The translations under genes and the position numbers were made by a program. A stretch of 64,000 nucleotides of DNA from Lingula anatina (lineage: Eukaryota > Animalia > Brachiopoda), in assembly GCA_051362555.1 (NCBI GenBank), contig CM120643.1:6324001-6388000 (forward strand). The letters run 5' to 3'. This document shows, piece after piece, positions 50,161-61,877 of this stretch (within the stretch, counting starts at the first letter, position 1; each line of letters begins with the position of its first letter). Under the pieces are notes generated by a model that was given only the letters and a program-made list of their open reading frames with translations, had not been told where the DNA came from and made no database searches.

Positions 50161-50432
50161 AACAAAAAAAGCACTCGGAGAGCGCAGACCTCTGCCACTA
50201 GTAAAGTCTCTACCCAATGCTGTTTCACTCCTAAATTTTCATTCTATAATGATTAAGTTTTTTTATTTTTGATTATTAATTGATCTGGATCACCACCAAA
50301 AACTATTCATCTGTTCTTTGGCCCACTTCTGACAGTTCCTGAAAATTTCATCAAAATCGGTCCATAGCTTTTTGAGTTACGTGGATGACAGACGTACAGG
50401 GGTGAAAACATAACCTTCTGGGCGGAGGTAAT
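50161..50432 (+). mobile_element. Short non-autonomous Helentron/HINE-like element
   Basis: 5' hairpin gcactcggagagcgc and subterminal acctctgcc; gacagac motif; 3' hairpin accttctgggcggaggt. Same architecture as the larger elements at 21371 and 25076. Confidence 0.7.
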
Positions 50433-53400
50433 TAGTTCAATAATGAGACGGTTAACATGCCAAAGAATTGAAAATAGCATAGGTGACAGCAATGTACAGA
50501 CATGGCTGAAAATCATATTTAAGTGAATGTTGCAATGGTGTGGGACAAATTTTCTTCCAGCCTTCTTAAAGCTTTTATATTTGTACAACATTAATAAAAT
50601 TTCCATCTGAGGAAGTCTATACAAATGTCACATGACATACAGTTTAAAGCCAGAAGGAAAAAGCATTATTATGTCTTGTATATTGTAAAATTAAAATTTA
50701 TCTTCTACCCTTTTCTGAACCAAGACAGCAGTTCTTGGAATGTTGAGTACACCAAGCAAGCCAACACAGATGTATTTCTAGGATAAAGTATTAAAACAAA
50801 CTGCAAAGTGCTGTTTTTGATTTTCATCTGGATTCTTAATTTCAACTCCGCTGTTACATTAACTAAGCTGTATCATTTTCCTCACATTTTTAAATACAAC
50901 AAAAATATCATTATTACGGGTCAGATTATACTTGTCATGGAACTTTTTCCTTGGTTGTATTTGCCTTAGCACTTCTTTTAATTCAGTCCCTTAATCCAGT
51001 TAATATATGTGCTAACTACTATGTAACAATACAGTCTCATGGTTACGTCTTGCAATCTGTAAAGCCTACAGATTAATCAAGATTTTAAAAATCTGTCAAC
51101 TGATTTCTTATTGTTAAATTAGCAACAAATAAACCAAATATTGGTATGAGAGTTCTTTGAGGAATATTTTATGTGCAAGCATGTGGGCTAAAGTTTCTGC
51201 AAACAGAACATCAGCACAAACACTATATTCAAACAGGAGGACTGACTCTTTAATAGCGTAACATTTTATCTGGAATTGGAAAGCTTCACCCATAAAGAAC
51301 AAATATATTATATGGGTTTAATATAACACTTCATAATAAAGTTCCATCATAACTACCAACATCTATTCTGCTTTGTGCGAGACATATTTCCTCTCGACAC
51401 ATGGATAAGACAAAGTGCTGCTCTTGGTGCTGTCTTTCGCTGCCTGCATTTTCATGGTAAGGGTACTCTAAAAAAAGAATATAACAGAAAAAACTGAAAA
51501 TTACATTGGAAAGACTAGCAAATCCAAGGACTTAAAATAGTTAAACGTTAATAATTTTGTCAAATCTTGTCTAATATTTCTGAAATTTGTACAAATGATG
51601 CTTAACAATAATAAAAATCTGTGATTAGATGATCTGTTGACTGTATCTAATGAAAAGTGTTTTTTGGGACAACATATTTAGGACAACTGAAATTTACATT
51701 GAAAAGACTGGCAAATCCCAAGACTTAAAATAGTTAAATGTTAATAATTTTGTCAAATCTAGTCCAGTGTTTCTGAAATTTGTACAAATGATGCTTTACA
51801 ACAATAAAAACCTGTGATAAGCTGATCAAATGACTGTGTCTCATGAAAAATATCTTCTTTCGACAATATCCTTGAAAAAACTGAAAATTACACTGAAAAA
51901 TCTGGCAAATTCCATGGCTTAAAATAGTTAAATGTTAATAATTTTGCAATGTGATTATAAAATAAAATAGCAAATGTGATGATTTGAGGTTGTTTGTGTA
52001 GGAGGTTGCAAATTACCTATAACTGTTATCTGAAAAACAATATATACCCATACAAGACTTCTCCTTACTATCAATGCCAGATGCAGATTACTCCTTACAA
52101 TGGGTCTCTGGAATGGGTTGTTGTTATCACAACATTTGACAATGTCCCAAATCTTGCCACATATCATGTATTGTACACATGGATAAGACATAGTGCTGCT
52201 CTTGGTGCTGTCTTTCACTGCCTGCATCTTCATGGTAAAGGTATTCTGGAAAAAGAACAATATAACTGAAAAAACTGAAAATAACATAGAAAACGCTGGT
52301 AAATTCCACGACATAAAATAGTTAAACGTTAATAATTTTTTCAAATCTTGTCCGATATTTCTGAAATTTGTACAAATGATGCTTAACAACAATTAAAATC
52401 TGTGGTTAGATGATCTGTTGACTGCATCTAATGAAAAGTGTTTTTTGGGACAACATATTTGGGAAAACTGAAATTTACATTGAAAAGACTGGCAAATCCA
52501 AGGACTTCAAATAGTTAAACGTTAATAATTTTGTCAAATCTTGTATAATATTTCTGAAATTTGTACAAATGATGCTTAACAACAATAAAAACCTGTGATA
52601 AGCTGATCAAATGACTGTGTCTAATGAAAAGTATCTTCTTTCGACAATATCCTTGAAAAAAACTGAAAATTACACTGAAAAATCTGGCAAATTCCATGGC
52701 TTTAAATAGTTAAATGTTAATAATTTTGCAATGTGATTATAAAATAAAATAGCAAATGTGATGATTTGAGGTTGTTTGTGTAGGAGGTTGCAAATTACCT
52801 ATAACTGTTATCTGAAAAACAATATATACCCATACAAGACTTCTCCTTACTATCAATGCCAGATGCAGATTACTCCTTACAATGGGTTTCTGGAATGGGT
52901 TGTTGTTATCACAACATTTGACAATGTCCCAAATCTTGCCACATATCATGTATTGTACACATGGATAAGACATAGTGCTGCTCTTGGTGCTGTCTTTCAC
53001 TGCCTGCATCTTCATGGTAAGGGTACTCTAGAAAAAGAACAATATAACTGAAAAAACTGAAAATAACATAGAAAACGCTGGCAAATTCCACGACATAAAA
53101 TAGTTAAACGTTAATAATTTTTTCAAATCTTGTCGATATTTATGAAATTTGTACAAATGATGCTTAACAACAATTAAAATCTGTGGTTAGATGATCTGTT
53201 GACTGCATCTAATGAAAAGTGTTTTTTGGGACAACATATTTGGGAAAACTGAAATTTGCATTGAAAACACTAGCAAATCCCATGACTTAAAATAGTTAAA
53301 CGTTAATTAAATTTTCAAATCTTGTCCAATATTTCTGAAATTTGTACAAATGATGCATAACAACAATAAAAATCTGTGATTAGATGATCTGTTGACTGTA

Positions 53401-54858
53401 TCTATTGAAAACTGTTTTTTGGGACAACATATTTGGGAAAACTGAAATTTGCATTGAAAACACTAGCAAATCCCATGACTTAAAATACTTAAACGTTAAT
53501 AAAATTTTCAAATCTTGTCCAATATTTCTGAAATTTGTACAAATGATGCTTAACAATAATAACAATCTGTGATTGGATGATCAGTTGACTGTGTCAAATG
53601 AAAAGTGTCTTTTTGTGACAATATATTTGGGAAAACTGAAATTTACATTGAAAAGACTGGCAAATCCAAGGACTTCAAATAGTTAAATGTTAATAATTTG
53701 TCAAATCTTGTATAATATTTCTGAAATTTGTACAAATGATGCTTAACAACAATAAAAACCTGTGATAAGCTGATCAAATGACTGTGTCTAATGAAAAGTA
53801 TCTTCTTTTGACAATATCCTTGAAAAAAACTGAAAATTACACTGAAAAATCTGGCAAATTCCATGGCTTAAAATAGTTAAATGTTAATAATTTTGCAATG
53901 TGATTATAAAATAAAATAGCAAATGTGATGATTTGAGGTTGTTTGTGTAGGAGGTTGCAAATTACCTATAACTGTTATCTGAAAAACAATATATACCCAT
54001 ACAAGACTTCTCCTTACTATCAATGCCAGATGCAGATTACTCCTTACAATGGGTTTCTGGAATGGGTTGTTGTTATCACAACATTTGACAATGTCCCAAA
54101 TCTTGCCACATATCATGTATTGTACACATGGATAAGACATAGTGCTGCTCTTGGTGCTGTCTTTCACTGCCTGCATCTTCATGGTAAGGGTACTCTGGAA
54201 AAAGAACAATATAACTGAAAAAACTGAAAATAACATAGAAAACGCTGGCAAATCTCACGACTTAAAATAGTTAAACGTTAATAAAATTTGCAAATCTTGA
54301 ACAATGTTTCTGAAATTTGTACAAATGCTGCTTAACAATAATAAAAATCTGCGATTAGATGATCTGTTGACTGTATCTAATGAAAAGTGTTTTTTCGGAC
54401 AACATATTTGGGAAAAATGAAATTTACATTGAAAAGACTGGCAAATCCAAGGACTTCAAATAGTTAAACGTTAATAATTTTGTCAAATCTAGTCCAGTGT
54501 TTCTGAAATTTGTACAAATGATGCTTAACAACAATAAAAACCTGTGATAAGCTGATCAAATGACTGTGTCTAATGAAAAGTATCTTCTTTCGACAATATC
54601 CTTGAAAAAACTGAAAATTACACTGAAAAATCTGGCAAATTCCATGGCTTAAAATAGTTAAATGTTAATAATTTTGCAATGTGATTATAAAATAAAATAG
54701 CAAATGTGATGATTTGAGGTTGTTTGTGTAGGAGGTTGCAAATTACCTATAACTGTTATCTGGAAAACAATATATACCAATACAAGACTTCTCCTTACTA
54801 TCAATGCCAGGTGCAGATTACTCCTTACAATGGGTTTCTGGAATGGGTTGCTGTTATC

Positions 54859-57107
54859 AAGAAGTTATAATGAGAAGGAGTAGAAACAAGGGGTTTCCTT
54901 TCATCCTATCCTCGTAACGGGCTTAATCCTAACAATTACACAGCTTGTGGTCTTAGGGAGAGCTTGTGCCTAATACATATTCAAAAGACCATTCACGTGG
55001 GTTGCTTCAGCCAATTGGGATAAAGCCTCGCGAAGTCTCTAATAATCTCACAGAGAAAACATGGTGGGATTACAGAAAGGTGTAGAGAGAGATTTCAAGC
55101 CTGGACGCAACCATTTCGGGAAATAAAACTCAAATTATGCGAGATACACCTTCATTTGATCTAGAGCCGATCAGTTATACAAAATTTAGTTTCACATCAA
55201 GAATGTATGAGAACAATTTCACAAACCCACCTTCAACGCTAAAATTTGCACCTGTAGAAGTCTCATATTTATTTTAAATTATTTTTGTCGTGTAAAGGCG
55301 TGTAAAGGAAATTTACCTTCATCTAGGAATGACACATTCAATTCACAGCCGTGTACACAAAACAGTAGTACTTGCAATTTCCGTATGCCAGCCTCGTTTC
55401 TTTCTTTTTTGGCACATTATTGCTTATATACCAGGTAGAGCTTAAACAGGAAAATTGGGGAAATGTAAATAAGTTATTGCACTTAGTATGATTCTAAATA
55501 AAATTTCATTAATACATATTTTTGTTTATATCTTTGTCTATTACATGAGGCCAACTAATAGTAGACTGATAGTTTAAATTCATTAGAAGAAAAAAACAAA
55601 AATATTTTTATTGATTGATATTGCTTTATTTCAACATTCGAGCAACTTGTATAATATCTAAAACAAAGTACCAGCAATGAAAATATATCAATATTGTTAC
55701 ACCCAACAGTGATTAAAGCAATACAAAAATGGTAAGTTTTTATTTTGATGTGGTGATTATTTTATTTTATACTTTAGACAATTAGCCAGTGAACACTAAA
55801 TTCCCTTTTAAAACTTGGACCACTAAATTCCCTTTTAAAACTTGCACCTCTTGTGCACTATAGTTTAATATTAGTGGTGGTAAGAAAACAGAGCCTTGTG
55901 CCTCATCAAGTTGCTGCTGGAAACAATCAATTTGACTGTTCAATTATGGCTACATGTACATCTGCCAGCAAAACTAAAGATCTTTCACCTGCATTCTCTT
56001 CAACCTGAAATGAGTAAGTGCAGAATTCATAACAAAATATAACTCTATATCCTAAACGAAACTCTGCAAACATCATATTGCAATGAAAAATTGAAAAAAA
56101 TTCCGAGAGTTTCCTGTCATCAAATTTTGGACCCACCATTTTGAAAAAGTCCCATGAAAAGTGGTTTATTTGAAATGATGTTTTTCGTCTAAAGGATTGA
56201 TTCATTTAATATCACAATGTTATATTGTAATGGTGCACGTGCTTAACTAACCACAAAAACATAAATTATGTGCTTACACCACGTTAAAATTAGCAAAAAT
56301 CGTCCCAAACTGTCACCCAACTGTCTCTAACCAATTTAGGGACCCGCCATTTTGAAAAAGTCGGATGAAAAGTTGTCTATTTGAAACGATGTTTTTCATC
56401 TAAAGGATTGACTCATTTAATATCACTATGATGTACTGTAATGGTGCACGTGCTTAACTAACCAGAAAAACATAAATTATCTGCATACACCACGTTAAAA
56501 TTACCAAAAATTGTCCCAAACTGTCACCCAACTGTCTCTAACCAATTTAGGGACCCGCCATTTTGAAAAAGTCGGATGAAAAGTTGTCTATTTGAAACGA
56601 TGTTTTTCATCTAAAGGATTGACTCATTTAATACCAAAGGAATGTATTGTAATGATGCACGTGCTTAACTAACCAGAAAAACATAAATTATGTGCATACA
56701 TCACGCACTTAAGAAGAAAAAAGTCCTAAACATGGAGGTCCCGCTGAATCGGCCTCAGATCTTCGAGCTAACGCTGCTTTCTGCACTGACAAATTTAACT
56801 GACAGCCACCGTATGAACATAAAACAATGCTCAAAGCAGATTATCAACTCTCACTCACCTTTATATCGCTCGACTTGGCGTTTTTCTAAGTATAACTTCC
56901 AAATATTCGCATTAAACATGAATAAATCAAGACGTATACGCACTGGTTCAGCTTCTCCGTCTTGAGTCACGCGGAGGCGAGCAGGGGATTAGACCAGTTA
57001 CAAGGATCGAATTTCAAAGGACGCCGCTTTGAAAAGAATGCTGCGATCTAATTGGACGAGAGAGATAATTGATGTCCCGTTTCTACTCCTTCTCATTATA
57101 ACTTCTT
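54859..57107. mobile_element. Non-autonomous MULE/Mutator-like transposon (2249 bp) inserted in the satellite
   Basis: Perfect 29-bp TIR AAGAAGTTATAATGAGAAGGAGTAGAAAC; 9-bp TSD GCTGTTATC (54850-58, 57108-16); empty site visible in the next satellite unit (~57890). Confidence 0.92.
56129..56705. repeat. 211-bp tandem repeat (~2.7 copies) inside the MULE-like element
   Basis: ggaccc(a/g)ccattttgaaaaagtc at 56129, 56340 and 56551. Confidence 0.93.
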
Positions 57108-58835
57108 GCTGTTATCAAAACATTTGACAATGTCCTAAATCTTGCCACATATCATGTATTGTACACATGGATAAGACATAGTGCTGCTCTTGGTGCTGTC
57201 TTTCGCTGCCTGCACCTTCATGGTAAAGGTATTCTGGAAAAAGAACAATATAACTGAAAAAACTGAAAATAACATAGAAAACGCTGGCAAATTCCACGAC
57301 ATAAAATAGTTAAACGTTAATAATTTTTTCAAATCTTGTCCGATATTTCTGAAATTTGTACAAATGATGCTTAACAACAATTAAAATCTGTGGTTAGATG
57401 ATCTGTTGACTGCATCTAATGAAAAGTGTTTTTTGGGACAACATATTTGGGAAAACTGAAATTTACATTGAAAAGACTGGCAAATCCAAGGACTTCAAAT
57501 AGTTAAATGTTAATAATTTGTCAAATCTTGTATAATATTTCTGAAATTTGTACAAATGATGCTTAACAACAATAAAAACCTGTGATAAGCTGATCAAATG
57601 ACTGTGTCTAATGAAAAGTATCTTCTTTCGACAATATCCTTGAAAAAAACTGAAAATTACACTGAAAAATCTGGCAAATTCCATGGCTTAAAATAGTTAA
57701 ATGTTAATAATTTTGCAATGTGATTATAAAATAAAATAGCAAATGTGATGATTTGAGGTTGTTTGTGTAGGAGGTTGCAAATTACCTATAACTGTTATCT
57801 GAAAAACAATATATACCCATACAAGACTTCTCCTTACTATCAATGCCAGATGCAGATTTACTCCTTACAATGGAATTCTGGAATGGGTTGCTGTTATCAA
57901 AACATTTGACAATGTCCTAAATCTTGCCACATATCATGTATTGTACACATGGATAAGACATAGTGCTGCTCTTGGTGCTGTCTTTCGCTGCCTGCATCTT
58001 CATGGTAAAGGTATTCTGGAAAAAGAACAATATAACTGAAAAAACTGAAAATAACATAGAAAACGCTGGCAAATTCCACGACATAAAATAGTTAAATGTT
58101 AATAATTTTTTCAAATCTTGTCCAATATTTCTTAAATTTGTACAAATGATGCTTAAAAACAATAAAAATCTGTGATTAGATGATCTGTCGACTGTATCTA
58201 ATGAAAAGTGTTTTTTGGGACAACATATTTGGAAAAAATGAAATTTACATAGAAAAGACTGGCAAATCTCATGGCTTAAAATAGTTAAACATTATTAATT
58301 TTGTCAAATCTGGTCAAATATTTCTGAAATTTGTACAAATGATGCTTACCAACAATAAAAACCTGTGATTAGCTGATCAAATGACTGTGTCTTATGACAA
58401 GTATCCTCTTTGGACAATATCTTTGAAAAAACTGAAAATTACACTGAAAACACTGGCAAATCCCATGACATAAAATAGTTAAACGTTAATAATTTTGTCA
58501 AATCTTGTCCAATGTTTCTAAAATTTGTACAAATGATGCTTAACAATAATTTAAATATATGTTGGAATTTACAACAGGTGACTATATACAACTTTTTCAA
58601 TAGCAGTATATGAATCAGCTGTGCAACAATTTTTGAAATGGAATAATATCTGTAATTTAAAAGCTGGAACATAATTTATATCTTATTTTCTAACACAGAA
58701 ATTTTAATTTTATGAATAAAATGAACCCATTACCGGTCTCTCAATACATGTGTGTGTTAAATTGACAAGCAATCTTTACAGCTTCATGAAGGCCATTACC
58801 CAGTGCACTACCTGACAACCCATTTCTTTGATATC

Positions 58836-59060
58836 CATCTTCATTCTAAGCAATACTTACTACACCCTTCCTCATCACTGTTATCTCTACCGTCATTGTC
58901 CTGGTCACATCTTTATTCTAAGCAATACTTACTACACCCTTCCTCATCACTGATAGCTCTACAGTCATTGTTGTGGTCACATCTTCATTCTAAGCAATAC
59001 TTACTACACCCTTCCTCATCACTGTTATCTTTACAGTCATTGTCCTGGTCACATCTTCAT
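58836..59060. repeat. 72-bp minisatellite (~3 copies) derived from an LDLa exon end and its splice donor
   Basis: Units at 58836, 58908 and 58980; the minus strand of each reads RCD(Q/H)(D/N)ND...SDEEGC then GTAAGT. Confidence 0.92.
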
Positions 59061-59118
59061 GATAAGTTGATACAGCAGCCATTATCACATACAAACTTAT
59101 ATGGAGGACATGTGTGAT
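59005..59118 (-). pseudogene. Orphan LDL-receptor class A (LDLa) pseudo-exon, 114 bp, phase 1-1
   Basis: [36 protein letters not shown]; TGA in place of the usual Trp; intact GTAAGT donor; acceptor reads cctgtGG rather than AG. Confidence 0.85.
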
Positions 59119-59482
59119 CCACAGGAAGACAATAAAAAATACATCTTTAAAACAATCTACTTTATTTTCAAGTGTCTTAAAAACTGTTCCTTCAATTTCT
59201 TTGACAAAGCAATAAAATATCCGAGAGATTTATTTAAAAATTCTTACATAAGTAGCAACACAAAATTACTCAAATATCAAGTATTACATTGAACAAGATG
59301 AAAAACTTGCTGAAAGGCTGTAATTAAGCAGCATTACAGATTCAAAAACTCACTGAAATATGTCAAAAATCTAGAAGACAATGCAATCACCTTATGACGA
59401 TTTATGAAACTCTATTGTTATCTGACCATCTTGAAAATAAGCCTGCGGTCATTGTGTTTTATCATTTTTATTTTACTAATTT

Positions 59483-60155
59483 AGTATAGTCCTATGCCTC
59501 TTAGTACAGTGTAGTACTAGTAGTCTGGAGTCATTGCGTTCCATTGTGGCAGTATAGTCCTGTGCCTCCTAGTACAGTGTAGTAGTCTGGAGTCATTGTG
59601 TTCCCTTGTGGCAGTATAGTCCTGTGCCTCCTAGTACAGTGTAGTAGTCTGGAGTCAATGTGTTCCATTGTGGCAGTATAGTCCTGTGCCTCCTAGTACA
59701 GAGTAGTAGTCTGGAGTCATTGTGTTCCATTGTGGCAGTACAGTCCTGTGCCTCCTAGTACAGTGTATTAGACTGGAGTCACTGTGTTCCATTGTGGCAG
59801 GTTAGTCCTGTGCCTCCTAGTACAGTGTATTAGACTGGAGTCACTGTGTTCCATTGTGGCAGTATAGTCCTGTGCCTCCAAGTACAGTGTAGTAGTCTGG
59901 AGTCATTGTGTTTCATTGTGGCAGTATATAGTCCTGTGCCTCCTAGTACAGTGTATTAGACTGGAGTCATTGTGTTCCATTGTGGCAGTATAGGCCTGTG
60001 TCTCTTAGTACAGTGTAGTAGTCTGGAGTCATTGTGTTCCATTGTGGCAGTATAGTCCTGTGTCTCTTAGTACAGTGTAGTAGTCTGGAGTCATTGTGTT
60101 CCATTGTGGCAGTATAGTCCTGTGCCTCCTAGTACAGTGTAGTAGTCTGGAGTCA
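59483..60155. repeat. 62-bp minisatellite, ~11 copies
   Basis: gtatagtcctgtgcctcctagtacagtgtagtagtctggagtcattgtgttccattgtggca at 59552, 59614 and onward. Confidence 0.97.
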
Positions 60156-60719
60156 GATGATGGACTGGAAAAGACAAAAAAAGTGAATAACCAGGCTTTT
60201 TCCTCAAGAACCAGAATATTAAAATTATATCATTCATATATTACTATTTCGACAGATGACTCAAAAGAAACAAGAAAAAGGCCCACTTAAAAATTATATA
60301 AGAAGGAATAACGTCAGTTCTTCATTTTATTGCCTCACCTTCATAAGGCATTGGGTAATTGCATATGAAACGGAAATGGCAAAACTTAAGTAGATGACTG
60401 CGCGCAATCTTGCTAGATCTCCAAGAGCGCTTTTAATCTACAGCGTCAACATTCTGAAGCATTTTGTAAAATCACCAGCCCAGCACATTGCACCATGATG
60501 TGAACAGTGAACAACTGACACAGTCGATACCATATGTGTCCGTCACTTTAGATGCCTCATCCTGAATTCACCGATTAAGTTTGTCAATAGAATCTATAAC
60601 AAGACCATCTAAGAAAAGTGTCCTGATGTATGGTGAAACTCAGTGTGCAGAACGTTTGATGAAAATTCCGACTTTTCAGCGTCACCCTTTGCCTAGTCTA
60701 CGCCATATAAAAATTGTTT

Positions 60720-61000
60720 AGTATAGATGGCGCTATGCAAGAGGTGAGACTTAGGATTTGTAAAGGACTGCGGCCAGTATCAGCAACAGGTTCAACTCCT
60801 GCTTTCTAAGAAACTCGTGCGAGGAGGGACAGAGTTCTGGAACCGCAACAGATATGACGAGGGTCCAGGCACTGTGATATATAATACGATATATTGTGAT
60901 TTAGTAGTAAGACTCAAGGTCGAGAGCTTCAACGAGGCGATCTGATTGGTTTAAAGTTAAGGAAACAGTACAGGAACCGTCCAATGAAATTCTTTTATAC
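60720..61000 (+). promoter_or_regulatory. Possible promoter region of the CBM20-like gene
   Basis: Two CCAAT boxes (ctgATTGGtt ~60942, gtCCAATga ~60979) and a partial CTCF-like core TAGATGGCGCTA (~60724) upstream of the first ATG; motif-level evidence only. Confidence 0.25.
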
Positions 61001-61046
61001 AATTATTATTCCTGTTTATTGTTTTAATTAACAAAGCAAAGAGACA

Positions 61047-61837
61047 ATGTCTACACAGTCGCTGGTAAGTTTTATTTTTTATTCAAAACTGAAATCCTGT
61101 AGCAAGTTCAATGTAAGCCCACACAGCGCCTTTTTATCCGTCGTTCATGATTTCTTATGTGATTAATCAATATTCTGAATGAAATTCTTAAAAATTTCTT
61201 GTCACATGACGATTTGCTGATCATTCTGGTAATGGTACAAATTTAGTTTACATCACAAACTACCAAATAAAGATACAGAATTCTATGTATCCCGTTAACA
61301 TGATTTCTTTAATTTATTGTACATATTGCAGATGATAGCTAATATGGAAAATGAAATAAATAAAGAAGAACAGTGTGCTCGTAAGTTGTGTGCGTGTTTG
61401 TATAATCAGACTGTATGTGTTTTATAATACAACGGGCCTAAAACTACTCTTGCAATTTTTTGTTGTTATATAAATAAAAAAAATCAATTTGTTCATAATA
61501 AGAAAGTAAGATATCCTATTCTTTATTTACATTAATTAAGTGGTCAGTTTGAATGTCTGTAATGTAAATATCAAAAACGACATATTGATAGTATTTCTTG
61601 CTATTTTACTTTTTACTTTGAACAGGCAAGGCCACTGTAAGAGTTTTCTTAACCAACAACTATTTACAGGCTAAAGTGGTGGGTAGGGGAACTGCCCTCG
61701 GGGGATAGGACCCTCAGAAAGGTGTAAACCTGTCAAGGTTCACTGATATGGGGGTCCCATCCCTCAGGGCAGAGTTTCTCCTGCCCAAGGGCTCAAATAT
61801 AGAATGGAAATTCATTAAGCCACAAAATGTAAGTATG

Positions 61838-61877
<40 letters not shown>

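Larger units (their letters stand above)
51397..58550. repeat. Higher-order satellite: ~193-bp monomers within ~782-bp units (one ~1167-bp unit), interrupted by a transposon
   Basis: tgtacaaatgatgc at 51588 and 51781 (period 193); the non-monomer block recurs at ~51955, 52737, 53904, 54684 and ~57725. Confidence 0.95.

Noticed and set aside
51397-58550. Recurrent 60-145 aa ORFs (e.g. MKMQAVKDSTK..., MCRRLQITY...) and a CRISPR-like repeat/spacer look
   Set aside because: The ORFs recur only because the satellite does and show no domain motifs; the 'spacers' are near-identical, units are far too long for CRISPR, and there are no cas genes.
58803-59117. Plus-strand 104-aa His/Ser/Leu-rich ORF
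   Set aside because: Antisense shadow of the 72-bp repeat; the meaningful reading is LDLa on the minus strand.
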